Source: Tepidisphaera sp. (GTDB taxonomy: Bacteria > Planctomycetota > Phycisphaerae > Phycisphaerales > UBA1924). From it: a DNA stretch of 64,000 nucleotides. The first letter of the stretch is position 1; every line of letters starts with the position of its first letter. A program made the translations under genes and the position numbers. The stretch covers positions 3,296,001 to 3,360,000 of the forward strand of contig CP051526.1 in NCBI GenBank assembly GCA_050916045.1. The letters run 5' to 3'. This document shows, one piece after another, positions 29,585 to 38,890 of this stretch. Below the pieces are notes generated by a model that was given only the letters and a program-made list of their open reading frames with translations, did not search any database and was not told the DNA's origin.

Positions 29585-29827
29585 ATGATCGAAGCCCTCA
29601 AGAGTGATGAAATCGTCGACAAGGTCGGCGGACGGTTCAAGCTCTGCGCCCTGATTCAGCGGCGCCTGGTCCAGCTCATGGATGGCGCTCGGCCGCTCGT
29701 CGACCGCGAAGGCCGTACGGACCTCGAGATCGTGATCGAGGAGATCCTTCAGGACAAGATCACCCTCGACTTTGACCCTGCTTCGCTGCTGAAGGCTCCG
29801 AGCGAGCATGGCGGGTACGAGGACTGA
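29585..29827 (+). CDS. rpoZ: RNA polymerase omega subunit
   Basis: MIEALKSDEIVDKVGGRFKLCALIQRR..QL..GARPLV...EEI..KI; adjacent to coaC. Confidence 0.9.
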   Translation: MIEALKSDEIVDKVGGRFKLCALIQRRLVQLMDGARPLVDREGRTDLEIVIEEILQDKITLDFDPASLLKAPSEHGGYED

Positions 29828-30443
29828 GTCTCCGGCGCTGCCGCTTTCTGGAAAGCCGATGGTCATCGATCCTGCGGATGCTGGCGCGGTGCGGGGGAAG
29901 AAGATTCTCCTGGGCGTCACCGGCGGGATCGCCGCGTACAAAGCGTGCACCCTGGCTTCGCGCCTCGCTCAGAGCGGCGCGGTCGTCACCGTCGTCATGA
30001 CGCATGGCGCGACCAAGTTCGTCGCTCCGCTCACCTTCCAGGCTCTGTCCGGCAGGCCGGTGTACACCTCGATGTGGGAGCACATCGAAAGCCACGACCC
30101 GCAGCACATCTCGCTCGCCACCGCGACCGACCTGGCGATCATCGCTCCGTGCACCATGGACTTCGCGGCCAAGCTCGCGACGGGCCGGGCGGATGATGCT
30201 CTTTCGCTGATCCTGTCGGCGATCGACCGCCGCAAGACGCCGGTGCTCCTTGCTCCGTCGATGAACGCGGCGATGTGGGACCAGCCGGCGACGCAGCGGA
30301 ACCTGGCAACGCTGAAGGGCGACGGGTTCGAGTTCGTGGGCCCCGAAGCCGGATGGCAAGCCTGCCGGACGGTGGGCACGGGCCGGATGTCGGAGCCGGA
30401 AGCGATCCTCGCGGCGATCGCGGAGCGGCTTGGGAAGGCCTAG
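29808..30443 (+). CDS. coaC: Phosphopantothenoylcysteine decarboxylase (CoaC half only)
   Basis: LLGVTGGIAAYKA, HISLA, IAPCT, APSMNAAMW, QACRTVGTGRMSEP; no CoaB domain follows. Confidence 0.9.
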   Translation: MAGTRTESPALPLSGKPMVIDPADAGAVRGKKILLGVTGGIAAYKACTLASRLAQSGAVVTVVMTHGATKFVAPLTFQALSGRPVYTSMWEHIESHDPQHISLATATDLAIIAPCTMDFAAKLATGRADDALSLILSAIDRRKTPVLLAPSMNAAMWDQPATQRNLATLKGDGFEFVGPEAGWQACRTVGTGRMSEPEAILAAIAERLGKA

Positions 30444-30608
30444 GGGCGGGTTTCCGCGGAATGGTGTGGCGAGGGCGCGAGAATTGCGGCTCCGCGAACG
30501 GAAACGTGGGTTTTGTGCGGGGAGTTGACCGGGCGACCAAGCCCCACAACGATTGCTGCTTGTTCAGCGGCGAGGACCCCGAGCGATCGGGGAAACCGGA
30601 CCGAGCAC

Positions 30609-30697
30609 GGAGAGGTGCCAGAGCGGCTGAACGGACTGGTTTCGAAAACCAGCAGTGGGTTTATTCTCACTCGGGGGTTCGAATCCCCCCCTCTCCG
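30609..30697 (+). tRNA. tRNA-Ser (anticodon CGA), long variable arm, CCA not encoded
   Basis: Acceptor stem GGAGAGG/CCTCTCC, anticodon arm CTGGT-TTCGAAA-ACCAG, T-arm GGGGG-TTCGAAT-CCCCC, discriminator G. Confidence 0.96.
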
Positions 30698-30702
30698 CTT
30701 CT

Positions 30703-30743
30703 GCGGGAGACCCACTCACGGTGGGTCTCCCGCGATCGTTTTT
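30703..30743 (+). terminator. Hairpin/terminator immediately after tRNA-Ser
   Basis: GCGGGAGACCCAC-TCACG-GTGGGTCTCCCGC perfect 13-bp stem with a T-run shortly downstream. Confidence 0.75.
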
Positions 30744-30841
30744 CGCGCTGTGAATCTCGTCCATCCCAGTGCCGATCCAGGAATCCACCGGTCGGATCAA
30801 TCGCCCGATCCGGTCGAAGCCGGGCCGGATTCGAGAACCTC

Positions 30842-31435
30842 GTGAACTCACCCCTTGATAAACCTCGAAGCCTGCCCGAGCCCTTGTGCGGGGCTCCGGC
30901 TCTGTTCACGCTCGAGACTCACGACGGTCGTCTGATCATCAAGCCCGAAGGCCGTGTCTCGCGAGCGCCGCTTGTCGCCGCGGTGCTTTTGGCGGCTTGC
31001 GCATGTGTCCAAGTTTGGCTTCAGGGCTCCGTCGTCCTGACACGTGCAGGCTTTGGCGCTTCGACGATCATCGTCTTGCTGCTTGCCTGCGGTTGCGTCA
31101 CGTCGGTCTGCGTCTGGGCGTTCCGACGGTCGCAGCAGGACCACGCCATCCGAAGCGGGGCTCGCATCGAGGTTTGTCTTGAGGACGGCTGGGTGTGTGG
31201 CCGCGCCGATCAGGATCGAAAGCCGATCAGCTCGCCACCCACGTTCGCCGTCGGTGAGAGGCGGATCGGCGGCTCGCATGGCCTTGATCAGGTTCAGGCA
31301 GAGGTCACGCTTGAAATCAAGCTCGAGGAGGGGCGGTGGGCGGTGCTTCTTCAGGAACCTTGGCCGGGCTCAAACATCAAGCATCTCGCGCGACGCCTGA
31401 TGAGCGTGCCGCGAGCGATCCTGATCGCGAAATGA
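30842..31435 (+). CDS. Hypothetical two-TM membrane protein
   Basis: 3' part of the 30275 ORF, downstream of the tRNA; two hydrophobic Cys-rich segments; start codon uncertain; no family recognised. Confidence 0.45.
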   Translation: MNSPLDKPRSLPEPLCGAPALFTLETHDGRLIIKPEGRVSRAPLVAAVLLAACACVQVWLQGSVVLTRAGFGASTIIVLLLACGCVTSVCVWAFRRSQQDHAIRSGARIEVCLEDGWVCGRADQDRKPISSPPTFAVGERRIGGSHGLDQVQAEVTLEIKLEEGRWAVLLQEPWPGSNIKHLARRLMSVPRAILIAK

Positions 31436-31459
31436 TCTCGGCCCGCCACCGTCACGTAC

Positions 31460-31503
31460 AAAAACGAAAGCCGCCCGCGGGTTCGCGCCCGGGGCGGCTT
31501 TCG
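31460..31503 (-). terminator. Intrinsic terminator ending the minus-strand run
   Basis: Stem CGAAAGCCGCCC/GGGCGGCTTTCG with an A-tract at 31460-31464 (U-tract on the minus strand). Confidence 0.8.
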
Positions 31504-31524
31504 CTCTTGGAGGGGAGCCGGATC

Positions 31525-31596
31525 TCAGCAGCCTGTTTCGAAGGCGCTGACGTCATCGGATTAATCAAAGAAGTCCACGAATTCGTCGCCGTTCAT
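31525..31596 (-). pseudogene. Decayed C-terminal 'GC-type dockerin' tail
   Basis: Translates as MNGDEFVDFFD*SDDVSAFETGC*, matching the D-F-N-G-D-G-F-x-D-F-F-D-Y-x-x-F-x-x-x-F-E-x-G-C tail with an internal TAA in place of Tyr. Confidence 0.7.
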
Positions 31597-31641
31597 GTGG
31601 GATTCCGACCCATCTTCCGCGAACCGGGACTCGGCCGAGCC

Positions 31642-32184
31642 TTAAGCGGCGGGCGGCACTTTCAGGCCCGCGGCTTTCGCGGCGCGGCGGAACCCTTCGA
31701 GGAACTTCTTCTGCTGGCCGCTGGCGGGAAAGGGCATGCGCTCGTCGATGACGGGCAGTTTGGCGGCGCGGAGAGCCTCGAACGACGTGTCGTAGACGCT
31801 TGACTTGATGAGCGCGATGTGCTTGGGAGCAAGCTCGCGGCAGCGCTCGACCAGGCCGGGGACATGCGGGCGGAGGTCACTGACAGTGGGCTCGGAGATC
31901 GAGTCCTGATGCAGGTCGATCATGAAGACGCCCGCTTTCTGAAGCCCGGCGAGGTGGTCGGGCTTGCGAGCGCGGTCGGGTTTGTCGCCGAACACTCCCT
32001 CCCACACGTAACGAAAAAGCCAGTCGTGCTGGTCGACGTGTTCGAAGTAGAAGTACCGCTCGGGGGTGCAGGGAGGTGCTTCCGCGACCAGCAGGAGCTG
32101 GATCCTGCTCGGCTTGTACTTGAGCGCCGCGGCTTTGCGAAGAGCGGTGGTCTGACCGGGAGATGGTGTCGGTGTGGACGGCAT
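31642..32184 (-). CDS. Uracil-DNA-glycosylase-like fold hypothetical protein
   Basis: LLLVAEAPP...YFY, VFMIDL and PFP motifs resemble UDG-superfamily motifs 1 and 2. Confidence 0.55.
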   Translation of the reverse strand: MPSTPTPSPGQTTALRKAAALKYKPSRIQLLLVAEAPPCTPERYFYFEHVDQHDWLFRYVWEGVFGDKPDRARKPDHLAGLQKAGVFMIDLHQDSISEPTVSDLRPHVPGLVERCRELAPKHIALIKSSVYDTSFEALRAAKLPVIDERMPFPASGQQKKFLEGFRRAAKAAGLKVPPAA

Positions 32185-32223
32185 CGCGGGACTGTACCGG
32201 GCACCAGAGCGGATGTCCGGCGG

Positions 32224-35200
32224 TCAGCGGAAGTCCCGCGAGGTGGAAGCTTGAATGCCGTCGAACCCGGTGATGTCGGCGAGGTTCTGGATGCGGCGGA
32301 CCATGACGTGGACGACTTCGCCGGCGCGCTCGATGGTGCCGTGGACGAGGATCGCGAGGCTGTGCTTGGCTGCTTTGCGATAGCGGGTGTAGACGTTGGG
32401 CCGGACGATGAGGTTCGCGACGCCGGTCTCGTCTTCGAGCGTGATGAAGACGATGCCCGAAGCGGTCGAGGGCCTCTGGCGGCAGATGACAAGCCCGGCG
32501 ACCGCGATGCGGCGGCCGTGCGGTGTTCGCTTGGCTTCGAGCAGCGCGGCGGCGGGCAGGGCTTTCCGGGACGCCAGCGCTCCGCGGTGCGGCGCGATTG
32601 GATGACCCTTCAGCGACAGGCCGATCGTCGAATAGTCATGACGGATCGACGTGACCGTGGAGATCGCGGGAAGCGTCGGCACGGGCTCTTCGAGCTCAGT
32701 GCCATCGAAGAGCGGCAGGTGTTCATCGCGGAGGCGTCGGATCGCCCAGAGCGCCCGCTGACGATCCAGGCCCATGGAGTTGAAAGCATCCGCGGACGCG
32801 AGGCGGCGCAGGTCCGCGACGCGCGTGCCCGAGAGTCGCCAGAGGCGTTCGACCGACGCGACGGGGCCGTGCTCCCCCACCGCTTGCGTGATCGCGTTCG
32901 CGGCGGCTTCGCCGAGCCCGCTGACCAAACGCATGCCAAGCCGCAGAGCGGGCCATTCCGCGGGGCCTTCGAGGGTGCAGTCCCACCGGCTTTGGTTCAC
33001 ATCGACGGGGAGGATCTCGACCTTGTGGTCTTTGGCGTCGCGGATGATCTGCGCCGGCGCGTAGAACCCCATCGGCTGGCTATTGATCAGCGAAGCCGCA
33101 AACGCGGCGGGATAATGGCACTTCAGCCACGCCGAGACATAGACCAGCCGAGCGAACGACGCGGCGTGCGATTCGGGGAAGCCGTAGGAGCTGAACCCCT
33201 TGATCTGCTCGACGCAGCGGTCCGCGAAGTCCTTCGTGTACCCGTTGCTGAGCATGCCGCTCACCATCTTGCGTCCGAACTTTTCGATGAGGTCGCCCTT
33301 GCGCTTCCACGCGGCCATCGCCCGCCGGAGCTGGTCCGCTTCGCCGGGTGTGAACCCGGCGGCGACGACGACCAACGACATCGCTTGTTCCTGAAAGAGC
33401 GGGACGCCGTGGGTCTTGCCCAGGACGCGCTTGATGTCGTCGTTGGGGAAGTCGTACTTCTCGAGGCCGGCTCGCCGTTTGAGGTACGGGTGCACCATCT
33501 TGCCCTGGATCGGCCCGGGGCGGACGATCGCGACCTGAATGACCAGGTCGTAGAACTCGCGCGGGCGGAGGCGCGGGAGCATCGACATCTGTGCGCGGCT
33601 TTCGATCTGGAAGACGCCGACGGTGTCGGCGCGGCACGCCATGTCGTAGACTTCCGCATCGCCGCGCGGGACCGTTTCGAGCGCGATCGTGCGGCCGTGA
33701 TACCGGTCCAGCATCTCGAACCCTCGGCGGATGCACGAAAGCATGCCAAGACCGAGGATGTCGACCTTGAGCATGCCCATCGCGTCAAGGTCATCCTTGT
33801 CCCACTCCACCACCGTCCGGTCCGGCATCGCGGCGTTCTCGATCGGCACCGATTCGCAGAGCGGGCCGCGCGTGATCACGAACCCGCCGACATGCTGCGA
33901 ACGGTGCCGCGGGAACCCCATGATCCGGCCGCAGAGCGCCGCGAGCTGCCGCATCGTCGGATTCCGCGGGTCAAGGCCAAAGCCGCGGAGCCTCTCGGCG
34001 TTCAGCTCACCCTGACTCCACCATTCCATGTCCTTGGCGAGCTTGTCGACCGCATCGAGCGAAAGGCCCAGAGCTTTGCCGACGTCTCGCACCGCGCTCT
34101 TGCCGCGGTAGGAGATGATCTCGGCGGTGAGGGCGGCCCGTTCGCGGCCGTACTTGCCGTAGATGTACTGGATGACCTCCTCGCGGCGCTCGTGCTCGAA
34201 ATCGATGTCGATGTCCGGCGGCTCGTTGCGCTCCTTGCTGATGAACCGCTCGAAAAGCAGGTTACCCTCGTTCGGGTCCACCGACGTCACGCCCAGGCAG
34301 AAGCAGACGGCCGAGTTCGCGGCGGCGCCGCGCCCCTGACAGAGGATCCCCCGCGAACGGGCGAAAGCCACGATGTCATGCACCGTCAGGAAGTATGGCG
34401 CGTAGCTCAGTTCATCGATCAGCTTGAGTTCCTTCTCGATCTGCGCCCGCACCGCTCCGGGAATCTCCCCGTAATACCTCGTCGCGCCCTCCCACGTCAG
34501 TTCGGCGAGGTACGTGATCGGTGTCATCCCCGCCGGGACGACCTCATCGGCGTACTCGTATCGGAGCTGGTCGAGCGAAAAGCCCAAAGCCCGGTCCGCG
34601 ATGTCGATCGTGCGGCTGATGCCGCTTTCGTACCCGCGGAACAGACGCGACATCTCGTCGCCGTCCTTGATGTACCGCTCGCTGTTGGCTTGAAGCCTGA
34701 GCCCCGCTTCCGCGAGCGTGCACCCGTGCCGGATGCAGGTGAGCACGTCCTGCATCGGCTTCTGGCTCGCATCGTGATAAAGCACGCGGTTGGTCGCGAC
34801 CAGCGGCACGCGGTGGTCCTTCGCGAACCGGCCGACCTCGCGCATACGGCGGTCATCGTCGGGCCCGAAGCTTCGGAACGCCGCGACCGAAAGCCGGTCG
34901 TCGTTGAAGACGCTCCGGAGCCTCACGAGCAGGCTGGACGCTCCGGGCGTGAGGTCGCGGGCCTCGACGACGGCCAGAAGCCCGGATTCATGAGCGATGA
35001 GGTCATCGATCGTGAGCTTGCACTCACCCTTCTCCGCCGCCCGTTTGCCGAGGGTGAGCAACCGGCACAGGCGGCCGTACGCGGCACGATCGGTCGGATA
35101 CACGAGCACCGATGCTCCGTGAGCGTGCGGATCGGTGAAGACCAAGCGGCATCCGATGATGAGCGGCATCCCGATCGACCTGGCTTCCACGTGGGCTCGC

Positions 35201-35415
35201 ACGACGCCGCCCAGCGTGTTGGTGTCGGTGACGGCCAGAGCGTGCAGGCCCTTGCTGGCGGCTTCCGCGACGAGTTCCTCCGGATGGCTCGCGCCGGTCA
35301 GGAACGTGTAGTTCGAGGTGGCGGCGAGCTCCGCGTACGGCGTGCGGCGGCCGCTCGCGGGCTTGACGCCGGAGCTGAAGAGATCGCGGAACTTGGGATC
35401 GGGTGAGTCAGGCAT
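32224..35415 (-). CDS. dnaE2: Error-prone DNA polymerase III alpha homolog
   Basis: PHP domain, QGRGAAANS, PPDIDIDFEH catalytic motif, GVFQIESRAQM, YGFPESHAASF, OB fold, C-terminal SRDFR signature. Confidence 0.97.
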   Translation of the reverse strand: MPDSPDPKFRDLFSSGVKPASGRRTPYAELAATSNYTFLTGASHPEELVAEAASKGLHALAVTDTNTLGGVVRAHVEARSIGMPLIIGCRLVFTDPHAHGASVLVYPTDRAAYGRLCRLLTLGKRAAEKGECKLTIDDLIAHESGLLAVVEARDLTPGASSLLVRLRSVFNDDRLSVAAFRSFGPDDDRRMREVGRFAKDHRVPLVATNRVLYHDASQKPMQDVLTCIRHGCTLAEAGLRLQANSERYIKDGDEMSRLFRGYESGISRTIDIADRALGFSLDQLRYEYADEVVPAGMTPITYLAELTWEGATRYYGEIPGAVRAQIEKELKLIDELSYAPYFLTVHDIVAFARSRGILCQGRGAAANSAVCFCLGVTSVDPNEGNLLFERFISKERNEPPDIDIDFEHERREEVIQYIYGKYGRERAALTAEIISYRGKSAVRDVGKALGLSLDAVDKLAKDMEWWSQGELNAERLRGFGLDPRNPTMRQLAALCGRIMGFPRHRSQHVGGFVITRGPLCESVPIENAAMPDRTVVEWDKDDLDAMGMLKVDILGLGMLSCIRRGFEMLDRYHGRTIALETVPRGDAEVYDMACRADTVGVFQIESRAQMSMLPRLRPREFYDLVIQVAIVRPGPIQGKMVHPYLKRRAGLEKYDFPNDDIKRVLGKTHGVPLFQEQAMSLVVVAAGFTPGEADQLRRAMAAWKRKGDLIEKFGRKMVSGMLSNGYTKDFADRCVEQIKGFSSYGFPESHAASFARLVYVSAWLKCHYPAAFAASLINSQPMGFYAPAQIIRDAKDHKVEILPVDVNQSRWDCTLEGPAEWPALRLGMRLVSGLGEAAANAITQAVGEHGPVASVERLWRLSGTRVADLRRLASADAFNSMGLDRQRALWAIRRLRDEHLPLFDGTELEEPVPTLPAISTVTSIRHDYSTIGLSLKGHPIAPHRGALASRKALPAAALLEAKRTPHGRRIAVAGLVICRQRPSTASGIVFITLEDETGVANLIVRPNVYTRYRKAAKHSLAILVHGTIERAGEVVHVMVRRIQNLADITGFDGIQASTSRDFR

Positions 35416-35418
35416 GGT

Positions 35419-36972
35419 TCACGCCCAGATTCCGTGAACATTCCACCCCGTGGAGGCTTCTTCGCGAAAGACCCAGAGCCAGAGGCCACCCTCAAGCTGA
35501 ATGCGGTAGTAGTCGCGCGTGCTTTGGCCGCTCCACCACCATTCGGGCGCGAGGCGCTCCGGGCCGGCGGAAGCGACCACGTTCCACTCGCTTTGCCGCC
35601 AGACGAGGCGTGTCGGCGGCCCGTCGGGAACAAGGGAGATCGCCGTCGCGGGCTCGGGGGGGTTGAGCATGAGCGTCGGGCGTTCGCGCGGAAGTTCGCA
35701 GGCTTGGGCGGCTTGCTTGGGCGCGGCTTCGAGCGCGGGGACGGACTGGAAAGCCCTTTCGGGGATGTGCGTGCCCACGGGCAGGAGCCAGCGGACGGAT
35801 GCAGGCCCAAGCCGATCGGAAAGGGTGTCGATCAGCTCGGCGAAGCTTGTTTCCATGCCCGAGCCGGTCGAGGTCTCCCACGCGGCGCGTTGAGCCTGCG
35901 TGATTCGGCCGGTGCGGGCGGCGAGGAGGGAGACGGCTTCGACGCCGAAGCCCATGTTGATGGTGTCGAGCTTGCGACCGACGAGGGTGCGCAGGTGCTT
36001 GACGCTGCGGCTCGGCTTGCTCAGCGTGATGGTGAAGGTGACGGGCGGAGAACCCATGCGGGTGCACTGGACGAGCAGGTGGCGCACGCCGCTGCCTCGG
36101 GTGCGGAGCTGGCCGGCGAGGCGTTCGAGAAGCTCATCGCAGACGAGGTGGAGGGTTTCGAGACGCGTCGTGCCGCCGTCGAGCACGCGCTCGACCAGAA
36201 GCGGGGGCGTCGGGCGAACAGGCTCGATCACTTCCATCGCGTGGCCGAGCGCCTGATCGAGGCGGACCGCGAGTTCGGCGCCAAACCGCGACGCGAGCGA
36301 GACCCGCGGGAGCTTCATCACCTCCCCCACCGTCTCGATCCCGATCTCGTGAAGGCCCGCGAGTGTCGCCGGCTCGAGGCGGAGCGCGGCGGCGGGGAGC
36401 GGCGCGAGGGCTTCGGCGATGTTCGCGGTCTGCATCGTGAGCGGGCGCGGGCCAAAGCGCGCAAGACCCCACGCGGAGGCGTACGTCGGGGTGACCGCAA
36501 TCCGGCAGCGAAGGCCGAGCTTCCAGACGGTGCGGCCGATCCGTCGCGCGTGGAGCTCATCGGTGCCGAAAAGCCGCTCGCAGCCCGCGATGTCCATCAG
36601 CAGGCCGTCGGGCGGGTCGATCGCGACGACGGGGACCAGCGTGGCGAGCCAGGTCGCGAGGTGCTTGAGGGCTTTGGCCGCCCGCTCGGGTCGGTGCCTT
36701 TCGATATGGAGCGTGCTCGCGGACGCGAGAGCCTGAGCGTGGGCGAGGGTCATGCCGGGATGGACGCCAGCGTGCGCACAGCGTGGACAGCAGGCGACGA
36801 CGGTCTGCCTGGAAGCGACGCTTTCGACGATGAGGATGTGCGCGGCTTCGCATGCGGCGGGGCGGTCATCCCGCTTGGGCGCGGGCGAACCGGTTTCGGC
36901 CTGCCTGAGTTTGCGTCGTGTCAGATCGATCAGCAGATACGGCAGGAAGAGCGACAGTGCTTTGGGCATCAT
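35419..36972 (-). CDS. imuB: Inactive Y-family polymerase (mutasome scaffold)
   Basis: GMTLAHA, DGLLMDIAGCERLFG, GPERLAPEWW...RDYY...WLWVFR; sits between imuA and dnaE2. Confidence 0.92.
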   Translation of the reverse strand: MMPKALSLFLPYLLIDLTRRKLRQAETGSPAPKRDDRPAACEAAHILIVESVASRQTVVACCPRCAHAGVHPGMTLAHAQALASASTLHIERHRPERAAKALKHLATWLATLVPVVAIDPPDGLLMDIAGCERLFGTDELHARRIGRTVWKLGLRCRIAVTPTYASAWGLARFGPRPLTMQTANIAEALAPLPAAALRLEPATLAGLHEIGIETVGEVMKLPRVSLASRFGAELAVRLDQALGHAMEVIEPVRPTPPLLVERVLDGGTTRLETLHLVCDELLERLAGQLRTRGSGVRHLLVQCTRMGSPPVTFTITLSKPSRSVKHLRTLVGRKLDTINMGFGVEAVSLLAARTGRITQAQRAAWETSTGSGMETSFAELIDTLSDRLGPASVRWLLPVGTHIPERAFQSVPALEAAPKQAAQACELPRERPTLMLNPPEPATAISLVPDGPPTRLVWRQSEWNVVASAGPERLAPEWWWSGQSTRDYYRIQLEGGLWLWVFREEASTGWNVHGIWA

Positions 36973-37624
36973 CCCACTCAACGACCCATCGGCGTGGGGC
37001 GTCCGTCAAGGGCTGCATTCCTTTGCAACGCAGGAGTTCCACGTTCCAACGTGGTCGGCAGGAGGGAGAGGGCTCGGCGCGGACCAGCCACCGGGTCGCG
37101 GCAGCGCTGAGCTCGGCGAGTTCCGAGCCGGGCCTCATGACAAGCCCCACGGCTCCGCCCGCTTCGGCCGCAAGCTGGAGCCGGCGCGTCGCGGACATGT
37201 CCAGCCCCGAGCCGTCGAGCACGACCGCCGCAACGCTCGGACAACGCAGCGCCAGATCCGAAGCCCAGACCAGTTCCTCGGTCGCGTGCACCTGAACCCA
37301 GAGCGTGCGCGAGAGGTCGTCCATCACGGCCCGGGCCGCGACCGCTCGCGAAGAACCGATCCAGACGGTGTGCGTGCGATCGGCATCGCGAGCCCGGCGG
37401 GTGATGTCCGCAACGAGGGCGACCGCCGGCTCGGCGAATCGGCCGGCGTACTCCGCGGAGTACCACTCGTGGATCGCGCCGCGCGAAAGCCCGACCGCCG
37501 CCCCCCACCCCAGCGGCACCACCGCACGGTCCGCTCGCGCCCCGCCGCGATCCAGGATCTGCGTGCGGAGACGTTCGAGGAGCCGCGAGCGGTCGGCCGA
37601 CAACCTTTCAGAACCCGAACCCAT
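36866..37624 (-). CDS. imuA: ImuA / RecA-like accessory protein
   Basis: GLSRGAIHEW, LVWA..ALRCPSVAAVV, RRLQLAAEAGG, SAAATRW, VELLRCKG. Confidence 0.88.
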   Translation of the reverse strand: MGSGSERLSADRSRLLERLRTQILDRGGARADRAVVPLGWGAAVGLSRGAIHEWYSAEYAGRFAEPAVALVADITRRARDADRTHTVWIGSSRAVAARAVMDDLSRTLWVQVHATEELVWASDLALRCPSVAAVVLDGSGLDMSATRRLQLAAEAGGAVGLVMRPGSELAELSAAATRWLVRAEPSPSCRPRWNVELLRCKGMQPLTDAPRRWVVEWDDAQSTVALPAVSADRSDTTQTQAGRNRFARAQAG

Positions 37625-37753
37625 GCCCACAGCATACACCCAAATCAAATCCATTCAAGATGATTGGTTCTTTTTAGGATCGAAGAAGTAAACGAGCCCT
37701 TTTTCGGGGATCTTTGCGCTCGGGGCGATCCATTTGAACCGCCTCCCGAGTCC

Positions 37754-38863
37754 TTATGAAGGGCTTGAAGGAAGAAGGAAGTGGCCGGGGTCGCCGCGGA
37801 GCAGGGAGCAGACATCGCGGAACATGCCCAAGCCGGTGACGAGGGCACCGCTTCCCGCGCCGAGAATCCGCACCGAGCCTTCGCCGTAGGACTCGGTGCG
37901 GATCTGAAGGGCGCTGCGTCCGCTCGGGTCGGCGAGGGCGGAGGACTCGGGGACCTCGGCGAGGCCGATGTCGGAGGACTCGGGCGTGATACGGGCGACG
38001 TACGCGAGCGTGGAGCCGCTGGCTTTGGCCGCGTTCATGCGCTCGAGGACGGTGGCGTGTTCGCGCGAGAGCAGGGCGTGAAGATCCGCGGGCGTGCTTG
38101 CGGCTTGAAGACCATCGACAAAAGGCCTGAGCGTCAGCGGGGCGGAGGGGAAGCCGGCGGCGCGGCGGAGGATGAGCGCTTTGCGGCAGACGTCCTTGCC
38201 GGAGAGGTCCTGTCGCGGGTCGGGCTCGGCGTATCCAAGTCGGACGGCTTCGGTCACGGCGTCGGCGAGCATCCACCCGCTTCGAAGCTGGCGGAGGAGG
38301 TACGCGAGGGTGCCGCTCAGCGTCGCTTCCAGCGAGATGATCGGTTCGCCCGTCGCCGCCAAGCCGTGAACGGCGTCGAGGAAGGGAAGCCCAGCGCCGA
38401 CGGTGGACGAAGCGCGGATGCGGCCGCGGCCTTCCCGGAGCGCGGCGACGATGCTCGCGAACGAAGCGTCATCGGCGAGAGGTTCCTTGTTCGCCGTGAC
38501 GAAGGACGCACCGCCGCGAAGAGCGGGAAGGATGCGAGCGGCGACCGTCGGATCCGCGCTGGCATCGACGAGGATCAAGGGGTGCTGGTTGGCACGCTCG
38601 GCGAGCCATGTGCTCGCACGGTTCCAGTCCATCCGAGCGGGATGGGTCTGAACGTGCCCATGTGCGGCTTTCCAAGCGAGGGAATCCGCGACGCTCGACG
38701 ATCCGGTCCCGACCGGGACCACACCGGTCGAATCCGACACGGCGATGATGGAGCACGAGTCGCCGGCGTTGCGTGAGAGCGCCAGTGGCCGACTCTCGCA
38801 CAGGTGGGCGAAGGCGCGTCCGACCTGTCCCATCCCAAGCAGCACGATCCCTGTCTGACTCAT
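37754..38863 (-). CDS. Stand-alone homoserine dehydrogenase of the ThrA/MetL C-terminal type
   Basis: GMGQVG, VTANK, TVGAGLP, LSGTLAY, GYAEPDPRQDLSGKDVCRKALIL, GAG; no aspartokinase or ACT domain. Confidence 0.85.
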   Translation of the reverse strand: MSQTGIVLLGMGQVGRAFAHLCESRPLALSRNAGDSCSIIAVSDSTGVVPVGTGSSSVADSLAWKAAHGHVQTHPARMDWNRASTWLAERANQHPLILVDASADPTVAARILPALRGGASFVTANKEPLADDASFASIVAALREGRGRIRASSTVGAGLPFLDAVHGLAATGEPIISLEATLSGTLAYLLRQLRSGWMLADAVTEAVRLGYAEPDPRQDLSGKDVCRKALILRRAAGFPSAPLTLRPFVDGLQAASTPADLHALLSREHATVLERMNAAKASGSTLAYVARITPESSDIGLAEVPESSALADPSGRSALQIRTESYGEGSVRILGAGSGALVTGLGMFRDVCSLLRGDPGHFLLPSSPS

Positions 38864-38890
38864 TCTCACACTCCGTATGGGCGGGAACAC

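Noticed and set aside
29808..30443. coaC without coaB as a pseudogene
   Set aside because: The domain is complete with catalytic motifs, and split CoaB/CoaC is known in several lineages.
30275..30841. 5' half of the 386-aa ORF
   Set aside because: Overlaps coaC and runs through the tRNA-Ser gene and its terminator.
31561..31644. Stop-codon read-through fusing the UDG-like protein to the dockerin tail
   Set aside because: It would need two TAA read-throughs, and TAA is a normal stop elsewhere in the window; being in frame has a one-in-three chance.
31819..35406. 1195-aa plus-strand ORF antisense to dnaE2
   Set aside because: Shadow frame of a high-GC3 gene; no motifs, and the composition mirrors dnaE2 codons.
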